NCBI GenBank assembly: GCA_035513295.1
Contig: DATKCH010000103.1
Span: 2,852 to 66,851 of the forward strand
From: Longimicrobiales bacterium
Lineage (GTDB): Bacteria > Gemmatimonadota > Gemmatimonadetes > Longimicrobiales > RSA9
Reading direction: 5' to 3'
DNA: 64,000 nucleotides
Position 1 is the first letter of the stretch, and each line of letters starts with the position of its first letter. The position numbers and the translations under genes were made by a program. This document shows, one piece after another, positions 48,129 to 57,312 of this stretch. The notes beneath the pieces were generated by a model. It saw only the letters and a list, made by a program, of their open reading frames with translations. It made no database searches and was not told the origin of the DNA.

Positions 48129-49547
48129 TCAGGAGCTCGCCGGCGGCTCGGCCGCCCTGGCGGCGTGGGCCGCTTCCGCCTCCCCGTGCCCCGCGGTCCC
48201 GGCCTCCACACGGCCCGCTTCGGCCTGCCGGGCCAGTTCGCGCCACCCGATGTCGGCGCGGTACTGCTTGCCGTCGAACGCGATGCGCTCGGCGGCGGCG
48301 CGGCTCCGCCGGGCGGCTTCGGCCAGGGTCGGGGCGACCGCGGTCACCGCCAGCACGCGCCCGCCCGCGGTCACGAGCACGCCGTCATCGACGCGCGTGC
48401 CCGCGTGGAAGAGGATCAGCGCGCGGGCGTCCGAGCCGTCGTGTCCGCCCTCGGCGCCGTCCTCCGAGCCGACGATCTTTGCCGGTTCCGCCGGAATCGA
48501 GATCGGGACGCCCTTCTCCGAGGACGCGGGGTAGCCGCGGCTCGCGAGCACCGTGGTGAGCGCCGAGTCGGGCCGCCACGCGAGCTCGTGCCCGGCGAGC
48601 GATCCGCCGCGCGCCACCTCCAGCATCGGCTCGAGCAGCTGGCCGGACAGGAGCGGCAGCACCACCTGGGTCTCCGGGTCCCCGAAGCGGCAGTTGAACT
48701 CCACCACTTTCGGGCCCTCGGGAGTAAGCATCAGCCCGGCGTAGAGGAGGCCCCGGAAGGGCGCGCCGTCGTCGGCCAGGGCCGCGATGGTCGGCGCGAG
48801 GATCTCCTCGTCGACGCGCCTGCGCAGCGCGTCCGTCGCGAGCGAGACGGGGGCGTAAGCACCCATGCCGCCGGTGTTGGGTCCGGTGTCGCCCTCGCCG
48901 ATCCGCTTGTGGTCCTGCGCGGGAAGCATCGCCAGGGCTCGCTCGCCGTCCGCGAGCGCGAACACCGAGAGCTCCTCGCCCTCCATGAACTCCTCCAGCA
49001 CCACTTCGGTGCCCGCCTCCCCGAACGCGTGCTCGGCGAGCATCGCGCGCGCCGCCTGCTCGGCCTCCGCGACGGTCTCGCACACGACCGCGCCCTTGCC
49101 GGCCGCGAGCCCCGACGCCTTCACCACGATCGGCGCGCCGTGCTCGCGGATGTGGGCGAGAGCGTCCTCCAGCGCACCGACGGTGACGTGCCTGGCGGTG
49201 GGCACGCCCGCGCGTCGCAGCAGGCGCTTCGCGTACGCCTTGGAGGATTCGATGCGCGCGGCCGCCGCGGTGGGGCCGAACGCGGCCACGCCGCGGGCCT
49301 CGAGGGCGTCGGCCAGGCCCGCCGCGAGGGGCCCTTCCGGGCCCACTACCACCAGGTCCGCGGACCGGTCGGCGGCCCAGGCCGCGATCGCCGGGGCGTC
49401 GGTCGGGTCGAGCGGGAGCTTGCGCGCGAGCCCCCCGGTGCCGCCGTTCCCGCGCGTGATCCAGAACTCCGCGTCGGGCGCGTCGAGGCGGAGTTTCCAG
49501 AGGAGAGCGTGCTCGCGCCCTCCGTTGCCGACGATGAGGATCTTCAC
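48129..49547 (-). CDS. purD: phosphoribosylamine-glycine ligase
   Basis: MKILIVGNGGREHAL, ATP-grasp motifs and FHAGT. It carries a ~45-aa Ala/Glu-rich C-terminal extension beyond the usual PurD end. Confidence 0.93.
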   Translation of the reverse strand: MKILIVGNGGREHALLWKLRLDAPDAEFWITRGNGGTGGLARKLPLDPTDAPAIAAWAADRSADLVVVGPEGPLAAGLADALEARGVAAFGPTAAAARIESSKAYAKRLLRRAGVPTARHVTVGALEDALAHIREHGAPIVVKASGLAAGKGAVVCETVAEAEQAARAMLAEHAFGEAGTEVVLEEFMEGEELSVFALADGERALAMLPAQDHKRIGEGDTGPNTGGMGAYAPVSLATDALRRRVDEEILAPTIAALADDGAPFRGLLYAGLMLTPEGPKVVEFNCRFGDPETQVVLPLLSGQLLEPMLEVARGGSLAGHELAWRPDSALTTVLASRGYPASSEKGVPISIPAEPAKIVGSEDGAEGGHDGSDARALILFHAGTRVDDGVLVTAGGRVLAVTAVAPTLAEAARRSRAAAERIAFDGKQYRADIGWRELARQAEAGRVEAGTAGHGEAEAAHAARAAEPPASS

Positions 49548-49673
49548 CGCGTGCCGATCGGTCCGGGCCGGGTGGTCGCCAGGCCGCGCGCCGCGCCTCC
49601 AGTGGCGCGCGGGACGCGGAATCTTCGGGAAGTCTACGGGTCGGTTGCGGGAGCGGCAAATCGCGCCGTCTGG

Positions 49674-51284
49674 CTACTCCACCCGCTCGAACCTCACCCG
49701 CAGCATCGTCAGCGCGCTCGCGCGCTCGGCGCCCCCGGGGAACTCGAACTCGACGACCGTGCCGCCGCCGGTAAATTCCACGCGCAGCTGGTCGGCCGCG
49801 CCGTCGTAGACTTCCACGTCGCTCTCGGCCAGGCCGAGCGAGGCGTGGAGCCGTCCGCCGCGCACCTCCCAGACGGTGCGACCGAACGCCGGGTTCTCGA
49901 ACACGCCCGCGTACGCCTCGAGCGGGCGCGGCAGCTCCTGCGGCCGGGCGGCTCGCCGCTCCCGGTCGGCGCGGACGGCCGCGCGGCCGCGCGTGCCTTC
50001 GTCGCCCATGCGCGCCAGCAGCTCCTCCTCGCGCTGGGCCAGGTCGGCCACGCCGCGGTAGGCGTCGTACGCGAACGCGGCGATGCCGGTCGCGAGGACG
50101 GATCCCAGGTCGGAATCGTTGACGAGCACGACCGCCCCCAGCCGCTCGTCGGGCAGGAAGGACACGTGCGTGTGAAAGCCCGGAAACCCGCCGAAGTGGT
50201 GCAGCTGGCGGGACCCGTCGTAGGTGCCGATGTGCCAGCCCAGTCCGTACCCATCGCGGGTGAACGGACCCCACGCGTCGTCGTTCTCCGCCAGCGTCCG
50301 GTGGGCTTCACGGATGGCGGCCCCGGGGACCGCCTGCCTGCCGTCCAGCCGGCCTTCATTCAGGTTGGCGATCAGCCAGCGCGAGAGATCCGCCGCGGTG
50401 CTGACCACGCCGCCGGCGGCGTGCATGTTGGCGTCGTCCTTGGCGAACGGCCGCGCTTCCCAGCCGTCGGGCTCCCACCCGTACGGCAGCGCGCGCGCCC
50501 GGCGATCGACGCGCGACATGTACGCGGTGGTCGAGGTCATTCCGAGCGGTTCGAAGAGCTCCGCGGCGAGCACCTCCTTCCAGCCGATCCCGAGCGCGGC
50601 GTCCATCGCCATGCTGGCCACGTTGTAGCCGAGGTTCCCGTACTGGAAGCCGCGCCCCTGGTCGCCGGGCGGCTGGTTCGCCAGGAGTTCCAAGAGGAGG
50701 TCGGGGTCGTGATCGCCCGTGTATGCGGTCCGGACGACGATCGGTCCGCCGTTGTCCAGGCCGTGCGTGTGCGTGAGCAGGTCGCGCAGGGTGATGGAGT
50801 CCGCGGATAGCGGCGCGCGCAGCGTGAGCCCGGGAAGGTAGGACGCGAGCGAGCCGTCCAGGTCGAGTCGATCCTGCGCGTCCAGGATCGCGGCCGCCGT
50901 GCCGGTGAACGATTTCGTCGAGGAGGCGATGTAGAACGGGGTCTGCGGGGTCACCGGACGCCGCCGGACGACGTCCGCCCAGCCGTATCCCTCGAGGAAC
51001 GCGATTTCGTCTGCCCGCACGACCGCCACGGCGACGCCGGGAGCGAGGTCGATCGCGCGCGCCCGCTCGATGAACGCCTCCAGCGCCGCCCCGGGCCCGT
51101 CCGTGGACGCCCCCTCCGGCGCCAGGGCTGCTCCGGGCGCCGTCTGCGGGGTCTCCTGCGCCTGTCCGGCGCACCCCATGCTGGCCACGCACGCCACCGC
51201 GATCATCGCCGTCCTGTCCACGTCTCGCTCCCGCTCCCGACGAAATCGATCCCGCGGCGTCTGCCGGCGGGCGCGAAACGTCAA
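49674..51284 (-). CDS. serine hydrolase, beta-lactamase/PBP (class C / S12) family
   Basis: SxxK motif in FYIASSTKSF, a YGN-like segment, and a C-terminal lipocalin-like extension. An alternative start at 51206 (MIAVACVASMGC) would give a lipoprotein signal. Confidence 0.8.
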   Translation of the reverse strand: MTFRARRQTPRDRFRRERERDVDRTAMIAVACVASMGCAGQAQETPQTAPGAALAPEGASTDGPGAALEAFIERARAIDLAPGVAVAVVRADEIAFLEGYGWADVVRRRPVTPQTPFYIASSTKSFTGTAAAILDAQDRLDLDGSLASYLPGLTLRAPLSADSITLRDLLTHTHGLDNGGPIVVRTAYTGDHDPDLLLELLANQPPGDQGRGFQYGNLGYNVASMAMDAALGIGWKEVLAAELFEPLGMTSTTAYMSRVDRRARALPYGWEPDGWEARPFAKDDANMHAAGGVVSTAADLSRWLIANLNEGRLDGRQAVPGAAIREAHRTLAENDDAWGPFTRDGYGLGWHIGTYDGSRQLHHFGGFPGFHTHVSFLPDERLGAVVLVNDSDLGSVLATGIAAFAYDAYRGVADLAQREEELLARMGDEGTRGRAAVRADRERRAARPQELPRPLEAYAGVFENPAFGRTVWEVRGGRLHASLGLAESDVEVYDGAADQLRVEFTGGGTVVEFEFPGGAERASALTMLRVRFERVE

Positions 51285-51318
51285 GGTAACGCGGGCCGGC
51301 GAGGCGGGATTGAACGTA

Positions 51319-52161
51319 TCAAGCGCCGGAGCGCGCGCGCACGACTCGCCGGAGCGCCCCGGGCGTGAGGCCCGTCTCCGCGCGGACGGATCGGGTCAGA
51401 TGGCTCTGATCGCTGAACCCGGACGCGTACGCGACGCGCGCGAGCGGCACCCCGGTTTCGGCGATCAGACGCGCCGCGTGCCTCACCCGCACCCTGCGCA
51501 AGTAGCGGCTGGTGGTGAGTCCGTAGAAGTTCCGGAAGGCGCGGGTCAGGGAGACCGGGTGGACGCCCGCCTCGGAGGCCACCCCCTCCACGGTCAGCGA
51601 GGCCGGAGGAGCATCGTCGATCTCCTGCCGGGCCCGAGCCAGCCACGCGGGTGGGTCACGGTGGCCGGCCGCGCCGCGATCGGCGAGGAGGGCCGCCAGC
51701 GTGTCGTAGACCGCCCACTCCAGCCCGACGCCATCTCCGGGCTCGGCCCTTAGCCCACGCACGACACCCAGGAACGGCGCGGTCGCGGGACCCGCGTGGA
51801 CCCAGCGCCATCCCCCGAGGTCGGCGCCCGCACGCCGACCGTCGTCTTGCGCCTCCCGCGGAAGAAGGATTTGCACGGTGCCGAGGCCTCGGTCCCCGTA
51901 GTTATCCGCGTGCTCGACGCCCACGGGCTTCACCACGACGCTCAGCGGCCGGCCGGTTTCCTCGCGCCGGCCGGCCCGCTCGCGCACCGATCCGCGCAGT
52001 ACGAGGGTGACCGAAGCGCCGGGATGCGCGTGGAGGCCCTGCCGGCGGTCGGCCGCGTAGTCGACCTCCGACACCAGGAAGCCGGACGTCGTCCGGGCCG
52101 TCCGGCCGGCGCCCGGTCCCCGGCGCTCCCCGTTCCGGCGGCCCCGGTCCTCAGCCGGCAT
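51319..52161 (-). CDS. AraC family transcriptional regulator
   Basis: C-terminal double HTH (LTVEGVASEAGVHPVSLTRAFR...IAETGVPLARVAYASGFSDQSHLTRSVR) with an N-terminal cupin-like domain. Confidence 0.85.
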   Translation of the reverse strand: MPAEDRGRRNGERRGPGAGRTARTTSGFLVSEVDYAADRRQGLHAHPGASVTLVLRGSVRERAGRREETGRPLSVVVKPVGVEHADNYGDRGLGTVQILLPREAQDDGRRAGADLGGWRWVHAGPATAPFLGVVRGLRAEPGDGVGLEWAVYDTLAALLADRGAAGHRDPPAWLARARQEIDDAPPASLTVEGVASEAGVHPVSLTRAFRNFYGLTTSRYLRRVRVRHAARLIAETGVPLARVAYASGFSDQSHLTRSVRAETGLTPGALRRVVRARSGA

Positions 52162-53446
52162 GCGGGGCGGGCGCGGGTTCGCCGTGCTCCAGCCGCAGCG
52201 CCGCCGCCGTGCCTTCGGTCTCGTCGACCGTGAGCAGCACCGCCAGCCCCACGACGAAGAACACGATCACCGATGCGACGGCGGCCCGGTGGCTCCGGGT
52301 GGCCTCCAGCACCAGCCCGTAGGTCAGCGGCCCGAGGACCGAGGAGAGCTTCCCGCTGAACGCGTAGAAGCCGAAGAACTCGCCCTGCTTCTGCTCGGGC
52401 ACCATGCGCGACAGCAGCGTGCGGCTGGCCGACTGGTTCGGACCCACCATGACGCCGAGCACGATGCCGGCGACCCAGAACATCGCGACGGACCGCGACA
52501 GCGCGGCCGCCGCGGTGGCCGCGGTGAGTACGACCAGCGAGATGATGATCGTCTTCTTGCCGCCGATCCTGTCGTCGATGAACCCGAATCCGTAAGCGCC
52601 GATACCGGCCGCCAGGTTGATCGCGATGCCCAGCACCAGGAACTCCTCGAGCGTCATGCCGACGGTGGTGACCGCGTAGATCGAAGCCATCGCGAAGATC
52701 GTGGTCAGCCCGTCGTTGTAGATCAGTCGCGCGACGAGGAGCTTGCCCGCCTCGCGGTAGGTGCGCAGGTGCTGGAAGGTGGACCCGACGCGTCCGAATC
52801 CGAGGCGGAAGTACTCCGCCGTCGAGGCCCCCGCCGCCTGCGCCGGGCCCTCGCGCACCCACAGGAAGAGCGGGATGGCGAAAACCGCGAACCACGCGGA
52901 CACGAGCAGCGCGCTGGAGCGGACGTGGACCGCGTCGGCCTGTGGTAGCCACAGCCTGATCATTCCGAGCGCGATCGCCAGGCTGAGGAGGCCGCCTATG
53001 TACCCCAGCCCCCAGCCGAAGCCGGACACCCGGCCGATGGTGCCGCGGTCGGTGATGTCCATCAGGAGCGAGTTGTAGAAGACCTGCGCCGCCTCGAAGC
53101 CGATGTTGGCGACGATGAAGAAGATCGCGGCCTGGACGGCGTCACCGGGGCCGGCGAAAAACAGCAGCAGGGTGAACAGGATGCACTGCACCGACACGAT
53201 CGCCAGGAACAGCTTCTTCTTGCCGGCGAGGTCGGCCACGGCGCCGAGCACCGGGGTCACCAGCGCGACGATCACCGCGGAGATGTTGACCGCGCGGGTC
53301 CACAGGATCGGGCCGACGATGTCGTCGCCGACGACCACCGTCGCGTAGTAGGTGGAGAAGATGAAGGTGACGATGATGGTGGTGAACGCCGAGTTGCCGA
53401 AGTCGTACAGCGCCCAGGCGGTCACTTCGCGGCGTCTTGCCGACAT
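52151..53446 (-). CDS. MFS transporter (UMF1/Atg22-like)
   Basis: The N-terminal WALYDFGNSAFTTII is characteristic of the UMF1 family. About 12 hydrophobic helices. Confidence 0.8.
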   Translation of the reverse strand: MSARRREVTAWALYDFGNSAFTTIIVTFIFSTYYATVVVGDDIVGPILWTRAVNISAVIVALVTPVLGAVADLAGKKKLFLAIVSVQCILFTLLLFFAGPGDAVQAAIFFIVANIGFEAAQVFYNSLLMDITDRGTIGRVSGFGWGLGYIGGLLSLAIALGMIRLWLPQADAVHVRSSALLVSAWFAVFAIPLFLWVREGPAQAAGASTAEYFRLGFGRVGSTFQHLRTYREAGKLLVARLIYNDGLTTIFAMASIYAVTTVGMTLEEFLVLGIAINLAAGIGAYGFGFIDDRIGGKKTIIISLVVLTAATAAAALSRSVAMFWVAGIVLGVMVGPNQSASRTLLSRMVPEQKQGEFFGFYAFSGKLSSVLGPLTYGLVLEATRSHRAAVASVIVFFVVGLAVLLTVDETEGTAAALRLEHGEPAPAPHAG

Positions 53447-53469
53447 GCGCCTCCTACGGTTGGGTTCCG

Positions 53470-54453
53470 CTACCGGTGGCGCAGGCCCGACATGAAGTCC
53501 TCGCGGATCTTCCTGGCCGCGCCCTCGAACTGCTCCCAGAGGCCCTTGGCGTCCTCCCGGTACGCGCGTCCCGCCTCGGCGAGGTCCTCCTTGTAGGCGG
53601 TCCTGTCGTCGGTGCGCCTCATGTACTCACCGCGCAGGATGCGGTCGTACTCGCCCTTCTCGATCCAGTCGCGCGCCTCCGCCGCCCGCAGCACGGCGAA
53701 CGGGTGGGTCTCGCCGAGGAGGTTGAGGACCTTGAAGACCGCGTCCGCCACGTCGCCCCCTCCGCGGTATTCGTCGGCCTGCACCAGGAACTCGTTCAGG
53801 TCGGTCTCCTCGACGCTCCCGCCGCCCGCGAGCTTCATGAAGGCCGTCAGCGCGGCCTCCGGCTCCTGGACCGCGAGGATGCCGGCCCGGTCGCACGACA
53901 ACTCGGCCTTGCGGCTCCACTCCAGCAGCGCCATGAGCACCACGCGCGCTGCGATACCGACGACCGGGAACCCCATCTGCGCGAGCTGGATGAGTAGCAC
54001 CGTCATCGTCTTGTAGAGGACGTGGCCACTCATGATGTGGCCAAGCTCGTGACCGATGAGGTACGTTTGCTCCGGTTCGTCGAAGAGGCGGAGCGAGCCC
54101 GAGTTCAGGATGATGAAGGGGTGGTTCATCCCGTACGCCCCGGCGTTGACGACGGGCGTCTGGGAGATGAAGAGCGGGTAGTCCTCCGGGGAGTCGAGCG
54201 TCCGCAGCACCCGGCCGTAGACCTTGTAGACGTCCGGGAACTGGCGCGGCCCCACGCGCACCGCGTTGGCCTGGAACGACAGCCGGATCGGCTTTTCCCC
54301 GAACAGTCCGAAGACCCTCCGCAGCACCTCGTCGAACACCGGGATGCGCCGCAGCGCCGCGAGCGCCGCCCTGTCCGCGGGATGCTCCCAGGTTCGCGGG
54401 TCGATGTCGGTGAGCGTCCGGACGGTCCGGATCGGCTCCTGCGCGTCGGTCAT
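53470..54453 (-). CDS. M48 family zinc metallopeptidase
   Basis: HELGHIMSGH zinc-binding motif with a downstream E....CDRAG, at an HtpX/Ste24-like soluble-variant length. Confidence 0.85.
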   Translation of the reverse strand: MTDAQEPIRTVRTLTDIDPRTWEHPADRAALAALRRIPVFDEVLRRVFGLFGEKPIRLSFQANAVRVGPRQFPDVYKVYGRVLRTLDSPEDYPLFISQTPVVNAGAYGMNHPFIILNSGSLRLFDEPEQTYLIGHELGHIMSGHVLYKTMTVLLIQLAQMGFPVVGIAARVVLMALLEWSRKAELSCDRAGILAVQEPEAALTAFMKLAGGGSVEETDLNEFLVQADEYRGGGDVADAVFKVLNLLGETHPFAVLRAAEARDWIEKGEYDRILRGEYMRRTDDRTAYKEDLAEAGRAYREDAKGLWEQFEGAARKIREDFMSGLRHR

Positions 54454-55118
54454 GTCGATTCCTGACTCGGGTTCCGGTCCGCAGCCTCGTACGCGCCGGG
54501 CCGCGGCCGCGTTTCACGGCCGACGCCGGAGAGCCCGAGGTAGGCCGCGAGCGCGAGGGTCATGAAGGGGACCGCGTACGCGCCGCCGTGGGCCAGGCCG
54601 ATCCCGAGGGCGGCGACGAGGCCCACGACCGGCGGGCCCGCGGCGCCCCAAACGCCCGCCCCCAGGCCCCGGAGCGCGGTGTAGAACGCCGCCACCACGA
54701 CCAGGTCGCCCCAGCCGACCACGGGCAACGCCCCCGTCCGAACTGGAACGGAAACGGCAAGGTAGTGCGACACGCCCCACTCGCGCGCGGGGCCGGCCCG
54801 CTCGAGCAACCAGCGGGTCGGGCCGACGAGATAGGAAACCACGGCGGCGGCCGACGCGGCGGCCGCCAGGGCGAGGAGTGCCGAGCGGGTGCGCGCGAGC
54901 CGCGCGAGGGCGGTGCCCGCGCCCGCCGAACTGACGAGGACGGTCACGTTGGCGACCAGGAGGCCGGACGGCTTCAGGACCAGCAGCGTCGCGTGGGCGA
55001 ACAGCACGACGGCGAGGAGGGCCAGCTGGTCGCGGGCCTCCAGCTTCGAAAAGGACGCGGCGAGGAAGGCCGCGGCGAGGCCGGCCGCGAGCACCTCTCC
55101 GAGCACCGTGAGGATCAC
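54450..55118 (-). CDS. hypothetical polytopic membrane protein
   Basis: 222 aa with about 6-7 hydrophobic helices and high GC3. GTG start. Its stop overlaps the M48 peptidase ATG (ATGA). Contains a GWGD motif within a helix. Confidence 0.55.
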   Translation of the reverse strand: MILTVLGEVLAAGLAAAFLAASFSKLEARDQLALLAVVLFAHATLLVLKPSGLLVANVTVLVSSAGAGTALARLARTRSALLALAAAASAAAVVSYLVGPTRWLLERAGPAREWGVSHYLAVSVPVRTGALPVVGWGDLVVVAAFYTALRGLGAGVWGAAGPPVVGLVAALGIGLAHGGAYAVPFMTLALAAYLGLSGVGRETRPRPGAYEAADRNPSQEST

Positions 55119-55133
55119 CGGCGGCTCGCCTCG

Positions 55134-56288
55134 TTACGCCGCCAGCGCCCGCTCCAGGTCCGCGAGAAGGTCGCCGATCCCCTCTATGCCGACCGAGAGG
55201 CGCAGGAGCCCGTCGGTGACCCCCATGCGCGCGCGGTCCGCGCCCGGCACCGACGCGTGGGTCATGATCGCGGGGTGGTTGATCAGGCTCTCCACGCCTC
55301 CCAGGCTCTCCGCCAGCGTGAACACGCGCATCGAGCGCGCGATCCGCTGCGCGCGGGCTAGATCCTCGACCTCGAAACTGACCATGCCCGTGAAGCCGCA
55401 CATCTGCGCGCGCGCCACGTCGTGCGAAGGGTCGTCGGGAAGCCCCGGGTAGAAGACCCCCAGCAGGTCGTCCCGCGCCGCCAGGTAGCGCGCCACCTCC
55501 ATGCCGTTCCGGTTGTGCGCCGCCATGCGCACGTGCAGCGTCTTGGTGCCCCGCAGCACCAGCCAGGAGTCCCACGGGCCGAGGATGCCACCGGTGGCCT
55601 TCTGCATGAAGCGCAGGTGCTCCGCCCAGCCCTCGTCGTCCGTCGCGACGACGCCGCCGATGACGTCGGAGTGGCCGTTCAGGTACTTCGTGGCGGAGTG
55701 CACCACGACCTGAGCGCCCAGCTCGATCGGACGCTGGTTGATCGGCGTGGCGAAGGTGTTGTCCACGCACAGGGGGATGTCCGCGCTGCGCGCGATGTCG
55801 GCGATCGCGCGGATGTCGGTCACGCGCATCATCGGGTTCGTGGGCGTTTCGATATGGATCAGACGCGTCTCGTCCCGGATCGCCGCCCGCACCGCGTCGG
55901 GGTCGCGCGTGTCCACGAACGTGAACTCGAGCCCGAATCTGGCGAGCACCTGCTGGAACATGCGCATGGTGCCGCCGTAGACGTTCTCCTCGCTCACCAC
56001 GTGGTCGCCGGCGGAGAGCCGTTTGACGATCGCCTCGATGGCCGCGAGGCCGCTCGCGAAAGCGGCGCCGTGCGCGCAGCCTTCGAGGGCCGCGATGTTG
56101 CGCTCGAGCGCCTCGCGCGTCGGGTTCTGGACGCGCGCGTATTCGTAGCCGGCGCGGGGTTGGCCGATCGCGTCCTGGGCGTAGGTTGAGGTTTGATAGA
56201 CGGGCTGCATGACCGCGCCCGTCGTGGGGTCCGGCGACTGCCCGCCGTGCACCGCCAGCGTCTCTATCGAGAGGTGTTCGTGCTCCAT
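55134..56288 (-). CDS. Cys/Met-metabolism PLP-dependent enzyme (cystathionine gamma-lyase/synthase, methionine gamma-lyase family)
   Basis: TLAVHGG, QPVYQTSTY, the PLP-lysine motif HSATKYLNGHSD and LRLSVGIE. Confidence 0.9.
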   Translation of the reverse strand: MEHEHLSIETLAVHGGQSPDPTTGAVMQPVYQTSTYAQDAIGQPRAGYEYARVQNPTREALERNIAALEGCAHGAAFASGLAAIEAIVKRLSAGDHVVSEENVYGGTMRMFQQVLARFGLEFTFVDTRDPDAVRAAIRDETRLIHIETPTNPMMRVTDIRAIADIARSADIPLCVDNTFATPINQRPIELGAQVVVHSATKYLNGHSDVIGGVVATDDEGWAEHLRFMQKATGGILGPWDSWLVLRGTKTLHVRMAAHNRNGMEVARYLAARDDLLGVFYPGLPDDPSHDVARAQMCGFTGMVSFEVEDLARAQRIARSMRVFTLAESLGGVESLINHPAIMTHASVPGADRARMGVTDGLLRLSVGIEGIGDLLADLERALAA

Positions 56289-56422
56289 GGGCTCTTCGGT
56301 TCCCCGGGTTCGTGTCGTCTTGGCGCGGCGCGAGGTCCGGGCGCGGACGGCCTCCCGGCCAAGCTACTGCGCCGCCAGCGAAATTCCGATGCGCGGCCGC
56401 ACGGGCCGCGGGCGGACGCGGA

Positions 56423-57256
56423 GTGACCGAGCGCGTCCTCGCCCACGAGCGGCTCGCGGCGGGCGGAGCCTCGCCGGCCGCGTGGCTGTTCATCCTCCAC
56501 GGGATCTACGGCGCGGGCCGGAACTGGGGTTCGGTGGCGCGCGCGCTGGTGGAACGGCGCCCGGACTGGGGCGCGATCCTGGTGGACCTGCGCGGGCACG
56601 GCGGCTCGACCGGCTTCGCGCCGCCGCACACGGTCGGCGCCGCGGCCGCCGACGTGGCCCGCCTCGCGTCCTCGGTGCGCGCGCCCGGGGCCGGCGACCC
56701 GCACGCGATCCTCGGGCACTCGTTCGGCGGGAAGGTCGCGCTCGCCTACGCGGCCGGCGCGCATCCGCCGCCCGCGCAGACGTGGCTGATCGACTCCACG
56801 CCGGCTCCGCGCGCGCCGCAGGGGTCCGCCTGGCGCATGCTGGCCACGCTCGAGGCCTTGCCGGGTCCGTTCGGCGCCCGTCAGGAGGCGATCGACGAGC
56901 TCGTCGGCCGGGGGTTCGGCGCGGACGTGGCGCAGTGGATGTCCTCGAACCTGGAGCGCGGCGCCGAGGGCATGTCCTGGCGCATCGACCCCGCGGTGAT
57001 GCGGCAGCTCCTGGAGGACTTCTTCCCCCTGGACCTGTGGCGCGTGCTGGAGGAGCCCCCCGGAGGGGGTTCCATACACATCGTGGCGGCGACCGATTCG
57101 AGCGTGCTCCGGCCGCGGGACGTGGAACGCATCCGCTCGCTGGGGGCGGATTCCGGCCGCGTCCGCCTGCACGCGGTGGAGGGAGGCCACTGGCTGAACG
57201 CGGACAACCCGGACGCCGTCGTGGACCTGCTCGCAGGGGAGCTGCCGCGCGGGTAA
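56423..57256 (+). CDS. alpha/beta hydrolase (YbfF-like esterase family)
   Basis: HG-oxyanion region FILHGIYGAGRNW, nucleophile elbow GHSFGG, and C-terminal GGHWLNADNP. The start is uncertain; GTG 56423 was chosen within track ORF 56312..57256. Confidence 0.75.
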   Translation: MTERVLAHERLAAGGASPAAWLFILHGIYGAGRNWGSVARALVERRPDWGAILVDLRGHGGSTGFAPPHTVGAAAADVARLASSVRAPGAGDPHAILGHSFGGKVALAYAAGAHPPPAQTWLIDSTPAPRAPQGSAWRMLATLEALPGPFGARQEAIDELVGRGFGADVAQWMSSNLERGAEGMSWRIDPAVMRQLLEDFFPLDLWRVLEEPPGGGSIHIVAATDSSVLRPRDVERIRSLGADSGRVRLHAVEGGHWLNADNPDAVVDLLAGELPRG

Positions 57257-57312
57257 CGTAGGCGCGACGCCGAGCGGGGCGCGGGATCCCTGATCGAACC
57301 ACCGGAGCGGCC

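Noticed and set aside
54450-55118. A presenilin/SPP-like GxGD intramembrane aspartyl protease.
   Set aside because: Only the GWGD motif is present. I found no upstream YD-type catalytic aspartate in a transmembrane helix and no convincing PAL motif.
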